This document shows positions 13,225 to 26,958 of a DNA stretch of 64,000 nt, piece after piece. The notes under the pieces were generated by a model that saw only the letters and a program-made list of their open reading frames with translations, had not been told where the DNA came from and made no database searches. Every line of letters starts with the position of its first letter. Position 1 is the stretch's first letter. Source of the DNA: Octopus sinensis (Eukaryota); assembly GCF_006345805.1 (NCBI RefSeq), contig NC_043003.1, positions 39,308,001 to 39,372,000 of the forward strand, in the 5' to 3' direction. The position numbers and the translations under genes are program-made.

Positions 13225-13872
13225 TACTCTCTTTACTCTTTCACTTGTTTCAGTCATTTGACCGTGGCCATGCTGGAGCACCACCTTTAGTCGAGCAAAA
13301 GACCCCAGGACTTATTCTTTGTAAGCCAAGTACTTATTCTTATTTCTTTACTGCCCACAAGGCGCTACATACAGAGGGGACAAACAAGGACAGACAAATG
13401 GATTAAGTCGATTATATCGACCCCAGTGCGTACTTATTTAATCGACCCCGAAAGGATAAAAAACAAAGTCGACCTCGGCGGAATTTGAACTCAGAACGTA
13501 GCGGCAGACGAAATACCGCAAAGCATTTCACCCGGCATGCTAACATTTCTGCCAGTTCGTCGCCTAGTACTTATTCTATCGGTCTGTTTTGTTGAACCGC
13601 TAAGTTATGGGGATGAAAACACACCAGCCTCGGTTCTCAAGCGATGTTGGGGGAACAAACACAGACGCACAAACATATACACACACATACATAAATATAC
13701 ATATGTACGACGGGCTTCTTTCAGTTTCCGTCTACCAAATCCACTCACAAGGCTTTGGTCGTCCCGAGGCTATAGTAGAAGACACTTGGCCAAGGTGCCA
13801 CGCAGTGGGACTGAACCTGGAACCATGTGGTTGGTAAGCAAGCTACTTACCACACAGCCACTCCTACGCCTA
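13225..13872 (-). mobile_element. Full-length family B SINE interrupted by a family A SINE (~13345-13565)
   Basis: Tail TACTCTTTCACTTGTTTCAGTCATTTGAC at the left, head ...CACAGCCACTCCTACGCC at the right; AAGTACTTATTC broken by the insert and resumed as TAGTACTTATTCTATCGG. Confidence 0.9.
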
Positions 13873-14574
13873 TGTTAAGTTTTATTAATTATTAGGTTAT
13901 AATTAAGTTGTTTTGAATTTGGTGCAGAAAATGGGTAATATTGGTGGTGATGAGTGGGTAGGAGGGCGCCAGGAATGTGTCTCGTGTGCCAAGGAGGTAC
14001 AGCCTGAAAAAGGTTGGGAATCACTATTTTAAAGTTATGTTCGAAAATTTCGACAGCCATGTTCGAATTGGTCGCTGGCTATATGATATTTAATCTGCAT
14101 ACATCCTAAAATGCAATTCGTACTAATAGGCATTCCTATGGTTTTATAGCCTTAGTTAAGCAACCATATACACAGAAAAAGATGTCAAAAAAAAAAGCAA
14201 CAACAAAAATCATCGCCGGTAAGTGCGCGCTTGTGCGTGCGCGCGTGTGTGTGTGTGTGTGTATGTAGGGGCATATGTGTATGCGCGTATGTGAGTGTGC
14301 TTATGTGCACGTTGTTGAAAGATGAAAGTTATACAGGATTCCTTTCAAAGACAAGTAACACATGATTAGAGAGATATATGATATTCTTATTTGAAAGCAA
14401 CAGGCATGGAAGGTAGATATTATCAATAAGAAGTTATGGTGAGGAAGTATAAGTAGATGGTGTTACAAGGTACACAAAGTTATACAACATAGAGTCGAAA
14501 CCGAAGGATTTATAATCAGATGTCCATTTGTCACAGTAGCAACCTCGTAAATTGAATATAAAGTTAGAGCAACG

Positions 14575-15260
14575 CAGCGAGCTGGCAGAAACGTTAGCAT
14601 GTCGGGCGAACTTCTTATTTCGTCTGCCGTTACTTTCTGAGTTCAAATTCCGCAGACGAAATACTTATTTCTTTACTACCCACAAGGGGCTGAACACAGA
14701 GGAGACAAACAAGGACAGACAGACGGATTAAGTCGATTATATCGATCTCAGTGCGTAACTGGAACTTAATTTATCGACTCCGAAAGGATGAAAGGCAAAG
14801 TCAACCTCGGCGGAATTTGAACTCAAAACGTAGCGACAGACGAAATACCTATTTCTTTACTACCCACAAGGAACTAAACACAGAGAGGTCAAAGAAGGAC
14901 AGACAAACGGATTAAGTCGATTATATCGATCTCAGTGCGTAACTGGAACTTAATTTATCGACTCCGAAAGGATGAAAGGCAAAGTCAACCTCGGCGGAAT
15001 TTGAACTCAAAACGTAGCGACAGACGAAATACCTATTTCTTTACTACCCACAAGGAACTAAACACAGAGAGGTCAAAGAAGGACAGACAAACGGATTAAG
15101 TCGATTATATCGACCCAGTGCGTAACTGGAATTTAATATATCGACCCCGAAAGGATGAAAGGCAAAGTCAACCTCGGCGGAATTTGAACTCAGAACGTAA
15201 CGGCAGACGAAATACCGCTAAGCATTTCGCCCGGCATGCTTAACCTTTCTGCCAGCTTCA
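14575..15260. mobile_element. Family A SINE composite: + strand head fused to a - strand tandem array with 184 bp period
   Basis: + head 14575-14651 runs directly into CAGACGAAATAC of the - body; ACTCAAAACGTAGCGACAGACG recurs at 14821 and 15005; - head ends near 15259. Confidence 0.9.
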
Positions 15261-15664
15261 TCCCCTAAGCCTTCTTAGATATTAAAAAAAAAAAAATGAT
15301 GCAGCTTAATCATATATATGTAAGACCATGCTATGGGATCGTCCATGGATTTGAAAGCAAAAGTACATAGCTGCTGAAATCCTACCCAGCCACTCGTTAA
15401 ATGCTATGCTTGATAATGAAATACCAGTTAAACTGAATTTAAGGTTTCAAATATACAACTTGCGGTATGTGCGCGCGTGTATAATTACAAACATATATAC
15501 ATACACACAAACACACGCATAAACACACACTCACATACATACACGTATACACACATACATACACGTATACACATATACTGCGTTTGTTATACATTCACAT
15601 ATACTGTGTCTGTTATATATTCACATATACTGTGTCTGTTATATATACACATATTCTGTGTTTG

Positions 15665-15704
<40 letters not shown>

Positions 15705-16143
15705 GCATACGTATACACACACATATACATATATTGCACATGTACGGGTGTATATTGAGTGTGTGTATATGTGCGTATGTATGTGTGTGTATGTGTGAAC
15801 TTGAATGGGTGCACATAGTCGCACACGGGCACGTGCACACATATCGAGGAAAATATTAAAAATAGGTGGATTTAAATATAGGTACACCTCAAAATAGACT
15901 CACAAACACACACCTTCTGTATCTCCCTTTCTCTCTGCCTCCCCCACACACATATACACACTCACACACACACACACACACATACACACGCATGTACTTG
16001 CTAAGTTATAGAATAGAAGTACATATGGAATATTTTTCCCGGAACAAACAAAACCAACTGGTGAATCGTATTTGATGAGTGCTGAAAGAAGAACCGATAT
16101 ATATATATACATACTAACACACGCACGCACACACACACACACA

Positions 16144-16184
<41 letters not shown>

Positions 16185-16586
16185 CACGCACGCACGAACA
16201 CGAGCGCACAAACCCTCCATGCAAATTCTCAAATCACATAGACTAATAGGGAGAAAACGGGAGGAGAGAGAGAGTGAGAAGTATAACGTTAATGTTTGGA
16301 TGAAATCCCAGAATTCCATATTCACGCGTCATCGAGCGAGAAACAGGCGTACGAAGATGGCACGGTGCGCTTCATAAAACTCGTGATTGAAGCCATTACG
16401 ATAGAGCTGGCATCCCATCATCCGAGTGATTAACGCAGTTGAAGGAAACGGTGTTCAACGAAAACTTGACACCACTCTTAGCAAAGGTTTAGGATTTTCC
16501 TAGATTTTTCCGCCTATATTTAACACCGGAGTGGATATGAGATTGCTTAAGGATAGTTTTCATTTCGTGAATATATGTGCGTATAT

Positions 16587-16652
<66 letters not shown>

Positions 16653-16782
16653 CGTTTGCGCGCGCGCGCGAGCCTGTTCGTATACATATGTACTGTTATG
16701 GGTGTATATATTTTTATATACATTTAAATTTGTGCATAAGAATGTATTTATGTGAGCTCCTATCTACGTGTGTATGTACATT

Positions 16783-16840
<58 letters not shown>

Positions 16841-16889
16841 TATAAATTCTTCTATTGGTTGTGAGTAAAATGTAAAGCTCTTTCTCGAG

Positions 16890-17095
16890 TCATGCCGACA
16901 CGTAAGGGCCGGTTTGCCAGTTTCCATGTCGTATACATTCCCCACCTCGATGGGACGCCAGTCCGTTGCAGGATTACTCATTTTTGCCAGCTGAATGAAC
17001 TGAAGCAACGTGAAATAAAGTGGTTTTCTTTAGAACACAGTGCGTCGCCCGGTCCAGGAATCGAAACCACAATCTTACGATCATGAATCCAATAC
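16890..17095 (-). mobile_element. Family C SINE
   Basis: Same GGATTACTCATTTTTGCCAGCTG...GGTCCAGGAATCGAAACCACAATCTTACGATC body as the 10855 copy. Confidence 0.85.
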
Positions 17096-18957
17096 CCCCC
17101 AATTCCCAAGCTATGGGCCTTCTCTTATAGGTTATATGAAACGATTAAAAGAATTACCGGGAGGAAATTCAACCAAAGCTGAACCACGTCGCAACTAAAC
17201 AATCTCGACAGCATGCATATTTCGTTGCTCAGAAAATAGCTGTTATCGATGGTCTGATTTCTGTAATGTCAATCGATTTTGTGAAGGTGTCTAAAAGCAG
17301 CCAAAAGCCGGGTTTTGGTTCAGAAGAAAACTATAAAATATAGCCAAATCATCGTAGCCGTCACTAATAATATCGCTTAACCTTTCAGCGGCGAGTATCA
17401 ATTGATGTCTGCGAAAATTTTAAAAGGATACCATCGTCATCAATCGATGCTCGAGTATCTTACTTTGTTAAATGCGCCTAAGCGTGAGCGGCCCTTATCG
17501 ATGGGAGAAATCAAGACACGGCTTTCGAAACGATTTATTGAAAGAGCTAGTATTGACCGCAATTTCACCCAGAACATGTGAGGGGGTTGTTGCTTGGTGT
17601 ATATATAGGTTTCTATAAATACATGTGCACTTACGTAATTACACAAATCCAGTGTTCATATAAGTACGTACATACGCATTAAACGTAATATAAAATAACG
17701 CTTAAAATACTATACTTAGTATGTATGTATCTACGTATGTACGAGATTTTTTATATGTACGTACTCAAACAGAAAACATTGAAAACATATATACCACAGC
17801 AAAGATCGCAACATTTCTTACAGAGATCTCTTTAAATCTTATGTTTCGCAGGAAAATAAAATCACCAGTTATCTTCCACAAACAGCTTTTCATCTAGGAA
17901 CATTTTATTTTGCTTTTTCATATTGCCAACTTATAGTTGGTCTTTTCTTCCCCTGTAGCTGTTATTGCTTGAGCATTCTCGATAGTAAAATTGTACACAG
18001 CTTTCTGTTTCTTTTCTCAAATAAAATTAAGACTGTGCATATACACACATACATACATCCATACATATATATATATATACGAGCAAAACGCCCCCGTCCA
18101 ATGGACGGTGCTGAGTTGTCAAACATTTAAACCAAATTTTATCAAAACAACTTGTCCGACCGTCCCATAGGTTTCCCCTTTGAGAAACACTGATTTAACC
18201 TAAATTTGAGAACCAGCAAAAGAAAACGATTTTATTCACACAAATATGCAACCGAAGAGTTTAAAGTACCAGTAATGATAAGGCTGTTGACTGGGAGAAC
18301 ACAAATATGGTTTAAACAGCAAGCTTGGCAGGAAAGAAACGTGCCTTTAAGCAGTACAAAAACAACAAAAAATGGAAGGTGCAGTAATGTACAGGTTGAC
18401 GGAAGAAAAGCAGGACAAAAACGACTTTATCGATCATATTCTCACCTGGAATCGATTTTTGTAATGTTTTCAAGACTTATACACGCCCTGATACCGTCGG
18501 TATCTACATGTGAAATCTGAGCGCAATCGGATGGAGGATGCCCGAGATCCGAGAAGACACACAGAACGGATTTTATATAAGAGATAAGTTTGTGTGTGTG
18601 AGCGCACGCGCGTGTATGTGCGTGATGATTAGTGGACTGGCAGAATATGACTTGCAGTATTTTTTCTGTCCCTTTACTTTCCGAGTTCAAATCTCACCGA
18701 GATCAACTTTGTTTTTAACCCTATTGGATCGATAAAATAAAATACCAGTCAAGTACTGGGGTTGATGGTATCGATTAATCCTTTCCTCACAAAATTGGGT
18801 GTAGATTAGCAAAACTGTTAAATCGGTGGGTAAACAGCCTACGTAGTCACTCTTCTGTATGTTCGTATGTCCATACATCTCGAGAATTTATTCACGCTCT
18901 TCACCCATGCACGTATATTATGTATGTTATGTTATGTCAAGTTATATATGTATGTAA

Positions 18958-19185
18958 GGCGGCTAGCTGGCAGAAACGTTAGCACGCCGGGCGAAATGCG
19001 TAGCCGTATTTCGTCTGCCGCTACGTTCTGAGTTCAAATTCCGCCGAGGTCGACTTTGCCTTTCATCCTTTCAGGTCGATAAATTAAGTACCAGTTACGC
19101 ACTGGGGTCGATATAATCGATTTAATCCGTTTGTCTGTCCTTGTTTATCCCCTCTGTGTTTAGCCCCTTGTAGGCAGTAAAGAAA
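18958..19185 (+). mobile_element. Family A SINE, single unit, near consensus
   Basis: Complete head, box B, body and GTAAAGAAATA end. Confidence 0.9.
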
Positions 19186-19623
19186 TATATATATGTATGT
19201 ATGTAAGTATGTTTGTATGTATGTATGTATGCATGTATGTACGTCCGTACATATGTGCGTATGTGAATGTGCATTTCTATATGTATGTGTGTGTCTGTGT
19301 GCCTCCGTGCGTACAGTCTGTAAACCAAAGGAAGCTAATTCCTAGACTTCAACTAATTACGAGCTACTTGTTGCGTTTAACCCTTGGTATTTCCTGACCG
19401 AGTTGTTCTCTGATCAAAGGTACTCCAGTAACGATCATTCCATCATTTTTTTTTCCAGGTACTGTATATTCAGAACCATATCATTATCCGATGTGTTCCT
19501 CCAAATTTTGAGAACAGCAAGTGTTATTCGAGTTAGCAGTTCCATTAATAGACAAAACATCCGTATAGTTATCTATTTACAAGACAAACTAAACGTCCAG
19601 GTAGTCTAAAATTTAAGACTTAC

Positions 19624-19873
19624 TTGCAACCCGTTGGCCTGTGATGTCTCTTTATACAATTGAGCAGGAAGAATACAACGATGACTCAATTCATTTGAAT
19701 AATCCATGGAGACAACGGAGATGTGGTGACGTGGAGATACCAACCATAGGAGTCTTCTGCTCCAGCATTTTTCAGTTTCAGTGCATAGTTCTTTCGTTTC
19801 ATAGATGTGGTTACAATATACTCCAAACGATGGTATTTCTTCTTCCAATATAACCTCGCCATTTGGCGGGGAT
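19624..19873 (-). other. Candidate 250 nt coding exon, product unknown
   Basis: Acceptor TTTTTTTTTAATCTCAAAATCAGAACTCTTCCCAG, donor GTAAGT, one frame open throughout (SPPNGEVILEEEIPSFGVYCNH...SQANGLQ). No homology recognised. Confidence 0.35.
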
Positions 19874-20482
19874 CTGGGAAGAGTTCTGATTTTGAGATTA
19901 AAAAAAAAATAGTATAAAAAGAAGGAACCCTAGCATTTAGCTGATGCTTTATTTATCGATAGTGTAAGACTGAAAAAAAAATAATTAGTTAACCTCGGCA
20001 GAATTTGAACTCAGCACTTAAAAAGACAATGGGTTAACTGTAAAGTATTTTCGCCAGATGCTCAAAAAACTCAGCCAGACGACCGATTACAGATGTCAGA
20101 AAAATACAACTGCTTAATTAATTCGGCCATTCTAAATTAATAATAATCCTTTGGGAGCCTTTAGGTTTACATAGCTCGTGTGTTGTTGCTCTTTGTCTTC
20201 TCCTCCCTCTAATTACCCTTCACTTGTGTTGATCTTCACCCTTTTTTCCTAGTTTGAGATAAACGCTATATCTACCTTTCTCTTTCCAATTCTTGGTTTC
20301 TTCCTTTGTACGCCTTACACCTCAGACATGTGGCTTACTCACACTACCTCTTTCTCGAATTGTTCCCCCCCTCTCTCTCTCTCTCTCTCCTATAAAAGCT
20401 CCTTCTATAAAATTAATTACTTTACTCTGCTATGTATTGAGTACCTTATTTACTGTGGTTAACCCCGACTCAACCCGGGACC

Positions 20483-20568
<86 letters not shown>

Positions 20569-21369
20569 CATATATATACACACACACACACATATACATA
20601 TATCATTCCCTCATTTTATTGCTTCACCATTACTGGCCTACACTTACTTCTTCTGTGCCCACCTCTCTCTCTCTCTCTCTCTCTCTTTCTTTCTTTCACT
20701 TACTCACTCTCTTCCTCGCTCACAGACGAAGGAGACGATTGATTCATAAACGTGAGAGTCTTCACTCTTTATATCAGTTAAACATATCGAACTTTTCTAT
20801 GAACTGATTGCTGCGCTGCCGACATAAGATAATCACCAAGTTTCCTCAGATATCAGATTTAACCCTTCCATCTGCCTTTCTAGAAAACTGGAACAGAAGG
20901 AACCGACTCGTATCTTACAAAGCAGCAGCTGAGTTTTCGGTCGCAGAGAAAGGTTCAGAACGAGGTTTGTAGCGAAGTAAAAAGGGGTGAGTAAAGCTGT
21001 AGGGACCACGATGTAAAGGTACGAGCTGAATTTGGAAGGGAGGAAGAATAAAATAAACCGTTATATGATGAGGGATGAGGTAGAGAATTTAGGGAGTGTA
21101 TACTTATAGGATATGCTGTGCGTGAATGAGGAGGGATGTGTTTATATGGTTCTTAGGAAGCCGCTTATCTAATGAGAATCTTAAAGGCTGACTGCTGGTT
21201 ATGCTGACGCATTTACAAACAAAATATACATACATACTTATATACATGCATTACATATATGTATGAGCGCACGCACAAAAACGCGGATACTTTGCCTGTC
21301 TACGCATGTGTATAATGTGCGTGTGTATGTGTGTATGTATATGTGTATATGTGTGTGTGTATATATATA

Positions 21370-21498
21370 TATTGATAAAACGGTAAGATAACAAAAGAAA
21401 GAAAGAGACCTCAATATTATGTAAATAGAGGAAATTTATCTATTTACATAATATTGAGGTCTCTTTCTTTCTTTTGTTATCTTACCGTTTTATCAATA
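21370..21498. repeat. Perfect ~60 bp-arm palindrome, probably PLE-derived
   Basis: ATTGATAAAACGGTAAGATAAC...ATGTAAATAGA / TCTATTTACAT...GTTTTATCAAT with a 9 nt spacer. Confidence 0.9.
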
Positions 21499-21629
21499 AA
21501 TCACCTCCCGGACGACGTTATTCTCAACTAAGAGCTAATACGACCTTTTTGGGATTATCGCCTAACATCGGTTGAGGACTCTCACAAACTAAAGAATCTA
21601 ATATGGACGCATATCACATAGATTATTCT

Positions 21630-21662
<33 letters not shown>

Positions 21663-21665
<3 letters not shown>

Positions 21666-21946
21666 CTCTTTTACTTGTTTCAGTCATTTGACTACGGCCA
21701 TGCTGGAGCACCGCCTTTAGTCGAACATTTCGACCCCAGGACTTATTCTTTGTAAGCCTAGTACTTATTCTATCGGTCTTTTTTGCCGAACCGCTAAGTT
21801 ACGGGAACGTAAGCACACTACCATCGGTTGTCAAGCGATGTTGGGGGGACAAACACAGACACACAAACATATACATACATACACACACAACCATACATAC
21901 ATACATACATACATACATACATACATACATACATACTATATATATA

Positions 21947-21999
<53 letters not shown>

Positions 22000-22245
22000 A
22001 TCCAAACAAGAAAGCACAAAAAAAAAACACAACAACGCGAGGACGTGGAACAAATTTAGTATTATTGGACCCTCAGGAAACAAGGAAAGAAGGTTGGTTT
22101 AACGTACCACGGGCTTCTTTCTGTTTCCGTCTACCAAATCCACTCACAAGGCTTTTGTCGGCCCGTGGCTATAGTAGAAGACACTTGACCAACGTGTCAC
22201 GCAGTGGGACTGAACCCTGAACCATGTGGTTGGTAAGCAAGCTAT
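21663..22245 (-). mobile_element. Family B SINE with expanded internal microsatellite and a short foreign insert
   Basis: Complete tail and head; internal (TACA)n(TA)n plus a non-SINE segment at ~21995-22100. Confidence 0.9.
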
Positions 22246-22508
22246 TTAAAAATTATATTACAATTAATAAGAGGAATGACCACTAAAGTGGATTCCTATA
22301 CGCTACAGATAGACGTCAAATCGCCTTACCACAAAGAGTATTTTCTCGAGAAAAAAAAACCCCAGCAAACGGCAAAATGTTAAAAATAAGCAAGGCAAAT
22401 GAAAATTTACAAAATAAATCGTTTACCGAGTTATACATATGAAAGTATATGTGTGCGTATGGGAGCGTGCGCATGTATGTATGTGTGTATGTATGTATGT
22501 GTCTATAT

Positions 22509-22540
<32 letters not shown>

Positions 22541-22559
22541 ATATATATAATATATAAAC

Positions 22560-22681
22560 ATTACGACGGGCTTCTTTTAGCCCGAGGCTATAGTAGAAGA
22601 CACTTGCCCAAGGTGCCACGCAGTAGGACTGAATCCGGAACCATGTGATTGGTACGCTAGCTACTCCACCACACAGCCACT

Positions 22682-22685
<4 letters not shown>
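22560..22685 (-). mobile_element. Family B SINE 5' fragment
   Basis: CCCGAGGCTATAGTAGAAGACACTTGCCCAAGGTGCCACGCAG...CACACAGCCACTCC. Confidence 0.85.
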
Positions 22686-22720
<35 letters not shown>

Positions 22721-22725
22721 TATAG

Positions 22726-22764
<39 letters not shown>

Positions 22765-23539
22765 AAGAGAGAGAGGGGAGGAGTAGGTAAGTAGGTAGGC
22801 AGGCATGTAGGCAGGTAGGTATGTAGGTAGGCAGGCAGGTAGGCAGGTAGGTAGGTAGGTAGATAGGTAGGTAGGTAGGTAGGTAGGTAGGTAGGCATGT
22901 AGGTAGGTATGTAGGTAGGTAGGTAGGTAGGTAGGTAGGTAGGTAGGTAGGTAGGTATGTAGGTAGGTAGGTGGAGATGTTTGACATGTATGCAAATATA
23001 TAAATACGCCAATCATTTTCAGTAAGCGCAGTTATTCGATATATTTTTCAATCATTTCTTTAATGAAAGATTTTGGGATAACGCTCCAGACGTATTTTGA
23101 ACCTCCTCGCAAACTTCGCACAAATATACACACATGTATTTGAGGGATATGGTTCAAGAAATGAGGTTGGTGTAAGTTTTCTAGAGTTCTAACAATTAGC
23201 AACAACACACCTACCAATCTGGCGAACACATTACATTCTTTGGTATTGTTTTGTACAAAGACACCATCAGTAAAATGAAAATCGACACGATTTTTGTGAC
23301 GATTTTAGCATGAAGTTATAAGTTCAGCAAACTTCAGTATTCGGTTTTCTTCTATTTATTATAGCCCTACAGGCCACCAAAGATGAGTTTAAGACTAGAT
23401 CTGCGTGGGAACTCCTATGTATTAAGGATCTAGCTTCCGTAGCTGCATCTATTATGAAATTAGTGAAGAAATTCTAAATATGGAAGCTAAAACTAGAATG
23501 GAGAAGACATAATGTAAAATTAGCGAAATCTAAGATTTT

Positions 23540-23900
23540 GGCATATATGGAAGAATACAGGACCCTGGAATCACCAGGGAAATGCCCTCGTTCGATACGG
23601 ACACACAAGAGGTGTAATGGATTCAGAGACAGGCTGAGAAAGTAATCTTTATATGCGACAAATACACTGGAGTGGCAGGTACAATGAGCAAACAAGAAAT
23701 ATACTCTTAAATGCTCGGATGGTTCACTTGTAGTGGTCAAATTGCTTTTGTTATCTAGGAGAAATAATTAGTACAGGAGGTGGTTATTTTGAAAGTATAA
23801 TAGAACAAGTAGGATAAGCAAAGTTCTTTGCCTTCAAAATAAAAAGCAGGTTGTATGACACTTGTATTAGAACCGTGTTGCTGCAAGTGGTGAGAATGAA
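23540..23900 (+). pseudogene. Degenerate RTE-like LINE ORF2 fragment
   Basis: With frameshifts: LKCSDGSLVVV...CYLGEIISTGGGYFESII...SRLYDTCIRTVLL, resembling the post-RT FxYLG...RLYxxCVRxxLL region of RTE-type LINEs. Confidence 0.6.
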
Positions 23901-24124
23901 CCCACACTCTCGGTTCCTAAAGCTCCATTCATTCCTGTTCACACCGTACCTTGAGGGTCCAACAAAGTATCACATCACAGCTCCACCCTGGTCACCTCAC
24001 CCCATCCATTTCTTCTCAAATATGAGTAGCCAATTGGCCCCTCAAAAGGCACCTCTCATATTTTAATCTTACTAATCTCCTAACATAAAACCGCCTCTCT
24101 CAGAGTTCGTAGTCTTACAAGCCT

Positions 24125-24490
24125 TTCTACTCTAGGCACAAGACCCGATACTTTTGGGGGAGGGAGCCAGTCGATTAGATCGACACCAGTACGCAACGAA
24201 AGGATGAAAGACAAAGTCAACCTCGGCGGAATTTGAACTCAGAACGTAGCAGCAGACGAAATACCTATTTCTTTACTACCCACAAGGGGCTAAACACAGA
24301 GAGGACAAACAAGGACAGACAAACGGATTAAGTCGATTATATCGACCCCAGTGCGTAACTGGTACTTATTTAATCGACTCCGAAAGGATGAAAGGCAAAG
24401 TCGACTTCGGCGGAATTTGAACTCAGAACGTAGCGGCAGACGAAATACCGCGAAGCATTTCGCCCGGCGTGCTAACGTTTCTGCCAGCTC
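24125..24490 (-). mobile_element. Family A SINE (two units)
   Basis: Body motifs at ~24217 and ~24400; head ends CTGCCAGCTC at 24481-24490. Confidence 0.9.
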
Positions 24491-25360
24491 TGCAAGCTGC
24501 ATGATGACCTCGCTTGTGCTGGTGGTACGAAAGAGACACTCATCAGATGCTGTAAAGTGACTGGAAAGTATCCAGCTGTTGAAACGCTACCAATGTAGAC
24601 ATTGGAGCACAATGTAGTCGTTGAACCCATCGAATTCTATCAAATCGTCCAACCCATGCCAGCAGCAAACACGTGTATTATTGATTAATATCTGTCGATG
24701 TTTTTGTAAAATTCAATGTGCATGTTTATCATTTAAAAAATATATACCTGTTAATAATAAGCAAACATTTTAAACTTCGTTTTGAAAAGTAACCAAAAAG
24801 GTTTCACCAAAGATTTTTCTCTCTGTGGACAGAAAATGTAAGATCGATCTTATTGGTATCTAGTTTTCCTAGACTTTCATCAGGAGTAGAAAAAAAGGTA
24901 AAGAAAGACATCCCTTCAGAGGAACTACAAGCTTATAACTTATTTATTGTGCATATTAACTCTAACACAGCTAAGTTTAACCATCTGATTTGCATAATGA
25001 CATGTATGCAGCGAACATGCTCAATTCATTAATTAATCGACGTCCAAAGAAGTGACGCTATACATGGCTACTAACGACAGGGAATTTTAAGATTTTTATA
25101 ATGTGTTGGCTAAAGAAAATTTATGTATATTTTGTGCGCCTTCTTTACTCTTTGATTTATATCTCTAACTTCCCAACTCACTTCAACTTAATCTAGAATA
25201 GGTTGTCTCCCCTATGGTAGTTAACTGCCAGAAGTACACCATGTGTATGAATTACTCAACGATTTCTAGATAATTTAAAAGGAGCTGTACTGATAGGTAA
25301 ACCTCTGCAGAACAAGGTATATCATTATTTTGTAATTATGTAGGTCTTTAAGAAAACATA

Positions 25361-26070
25361 CAGTGGTTGGATAAAATAATGGAAACACCTTAAAATTTCA
25401 AACAATTTTTTTTTTAATATGGGGTAGGACCACCTTTGGCAGTAATTACAGCTTGAATTCCATGAGGTATGGATTCGTACACAGTTTGAATTGTTTCCAG
25501 AGGAATTTTTGTCCATTCTTCAGCTAAAACAGTCTCCGGTCCTTGTAGTGATGATGGTGGAAGACATCGACTCCTTACTTGTTTTTCCAAAATGCATCAC
25601 AAATGTTCAATAATATTGAGGTCTGGGGACTGTGGTGGCCAGATAAGATGTTCAACTTCACTAGAATGTTCATCGTGCCATTCAGTAACAACTTTAGCTG
25701 TGTGGATTGGTGCATTATCATCCTGAAATATTGCGTTTCCCGCCGGAAACTGTTCCGCAACCATAGGATGAATTTAATAAGATAAAATGCTTAAATAGTA
25801 TTGACTATTAATCCTGCCATGAAGGGAAACTATTGGGCCGGCGGATTTCATCTTTGAAAGTCCGATAGATCTGTCATTTCAATAAATTTTAATTGCCTAT
25901 TCCTGATAATATCTGAAAAGAAGCAGCAATTTTAGCAAAACATATTAAGCAACACTAATAATAAATAAAAAAAAAACATAAAAATAAACAAGCTTTTGGC
26001 GGGTTTTATAGATATTTCAAAATTATGGTTCTATGATGGTAAGTGTTTCTATTATTTTGTCCAACCCCTG
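25361..26070 (-). mobile_element. Internally deleted Tc1-family (DD34E) transposon
   Basis: TIRs CAGTGGTTGGATAAAATAATGGAAACAC / reverse complement CAGGGGTTGGACAAAATAATAGAAACAC; TA on both sides; minus-strand IFQDDNAPIHTAK...WPPQSPDLNIIEHL...KGGPTPY* (about 25414-25840). Confidence 0.95.
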
Positions 26071-26273
26071 TATTTCTTCTTATATAAATTTTCTGTTTAG
26101 TTTTCCACTAATACTGTTCCACATTTCAAGGCCGCATTGACAGAACCACGTCGAAACGTTTTGATATTCCGTAGTAGATGGTATTATTAACAAATAGCGT
26201 ATTTTCTGGCATGCAAGCCGACGTATGATATATGGTAAACGTGTAGTGTAACCATTAAAACGTCGTCATTATA

Positions 26274-26839
26274 TTGGGTTGTCCGGAAAGTTCGTGCCAA
26301 TTTTTAAAGGAAAAATAAAGGTCAATAAATACTTGCCATTACATTTTTAATCAACCAAATATGAAGCATTTTCTTGCACAATGCGTCTCCATCTTTGCTT
26401 TAACTTGAATATACCTTCTTCCCGGAAATGAGGTGGTTTCATGGCAAAGAATTCATCAAGGTATCTTTTTACGTCATCAAAGGAATTGAAATTTTTACTA
26501 TTAAGGCTATTCTGCAGAGACCTGAATAAGTGAAAATCCGAAGGAGCAATATCTGGTGAATATGGAGGGTGGGGTAACACATCCCAGCCGAGCTGCAGCA
26601 ATTTTTGTCTGGATCCCAAAGCATAAAGTGCCGAAAATGAACTTTCTTATCTTCCATTTTAAAGGGTTACAGAATTAACACAGGTTATAAGAACATAAAC
26701 CTCGTTCCACGAAAAGATAGCTTAAACTATGCTCTAAATGGAGGTGTAGTCAAATCCTATTTTATGGACTCAACCATGTTCTAAAATAAGTCGAAAGGTA
26801 AGCTACTATAAATTGGCAGGAACTTTCCGGACAACCCAA
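26274..26839 (-). mobile_element. Internally deleted mariner (D34D) transposon
   Basis: TIRs TTGGGTTGTCCGGAAAGTTCGTGCCAATTT / AAATTGGCAGGAACTTTCCGGACAACCCAA, TA flanks; ORF 26347..26619 HPPYSPDIAPSDFHLF...W. Confidence 0.95.
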
Positions 26840-26958
26840 TACTTCCAAATCCTGATACATTTCACATGAAATTTTTTGTCTTCCGAAGTTGTCTTGGTAT
26901 ATAAATCGATCTACCTTTTTTAGCTGTCTATTTGGGTTTGAAAAGTTCGGCTTATATG

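Larger units (their letters stand above)
12836..14026. mobile_element. hAT-type MITE containing nested SINEs
   Basis: Ends CAGTGGTTCCCAAA and GGTTGGGAATCACTA; 8 bp flanks TTTTAAGG / TTTTAAAG (7/8 match, consistent with a TSD). Confidence 0.75.

Noticed and set aside
23030-23260. Minus-strand CVVANC...SF motif resembling a THAP domain
   Set aside because: In-frame stops, and the conserved W and CxxHF are absent.
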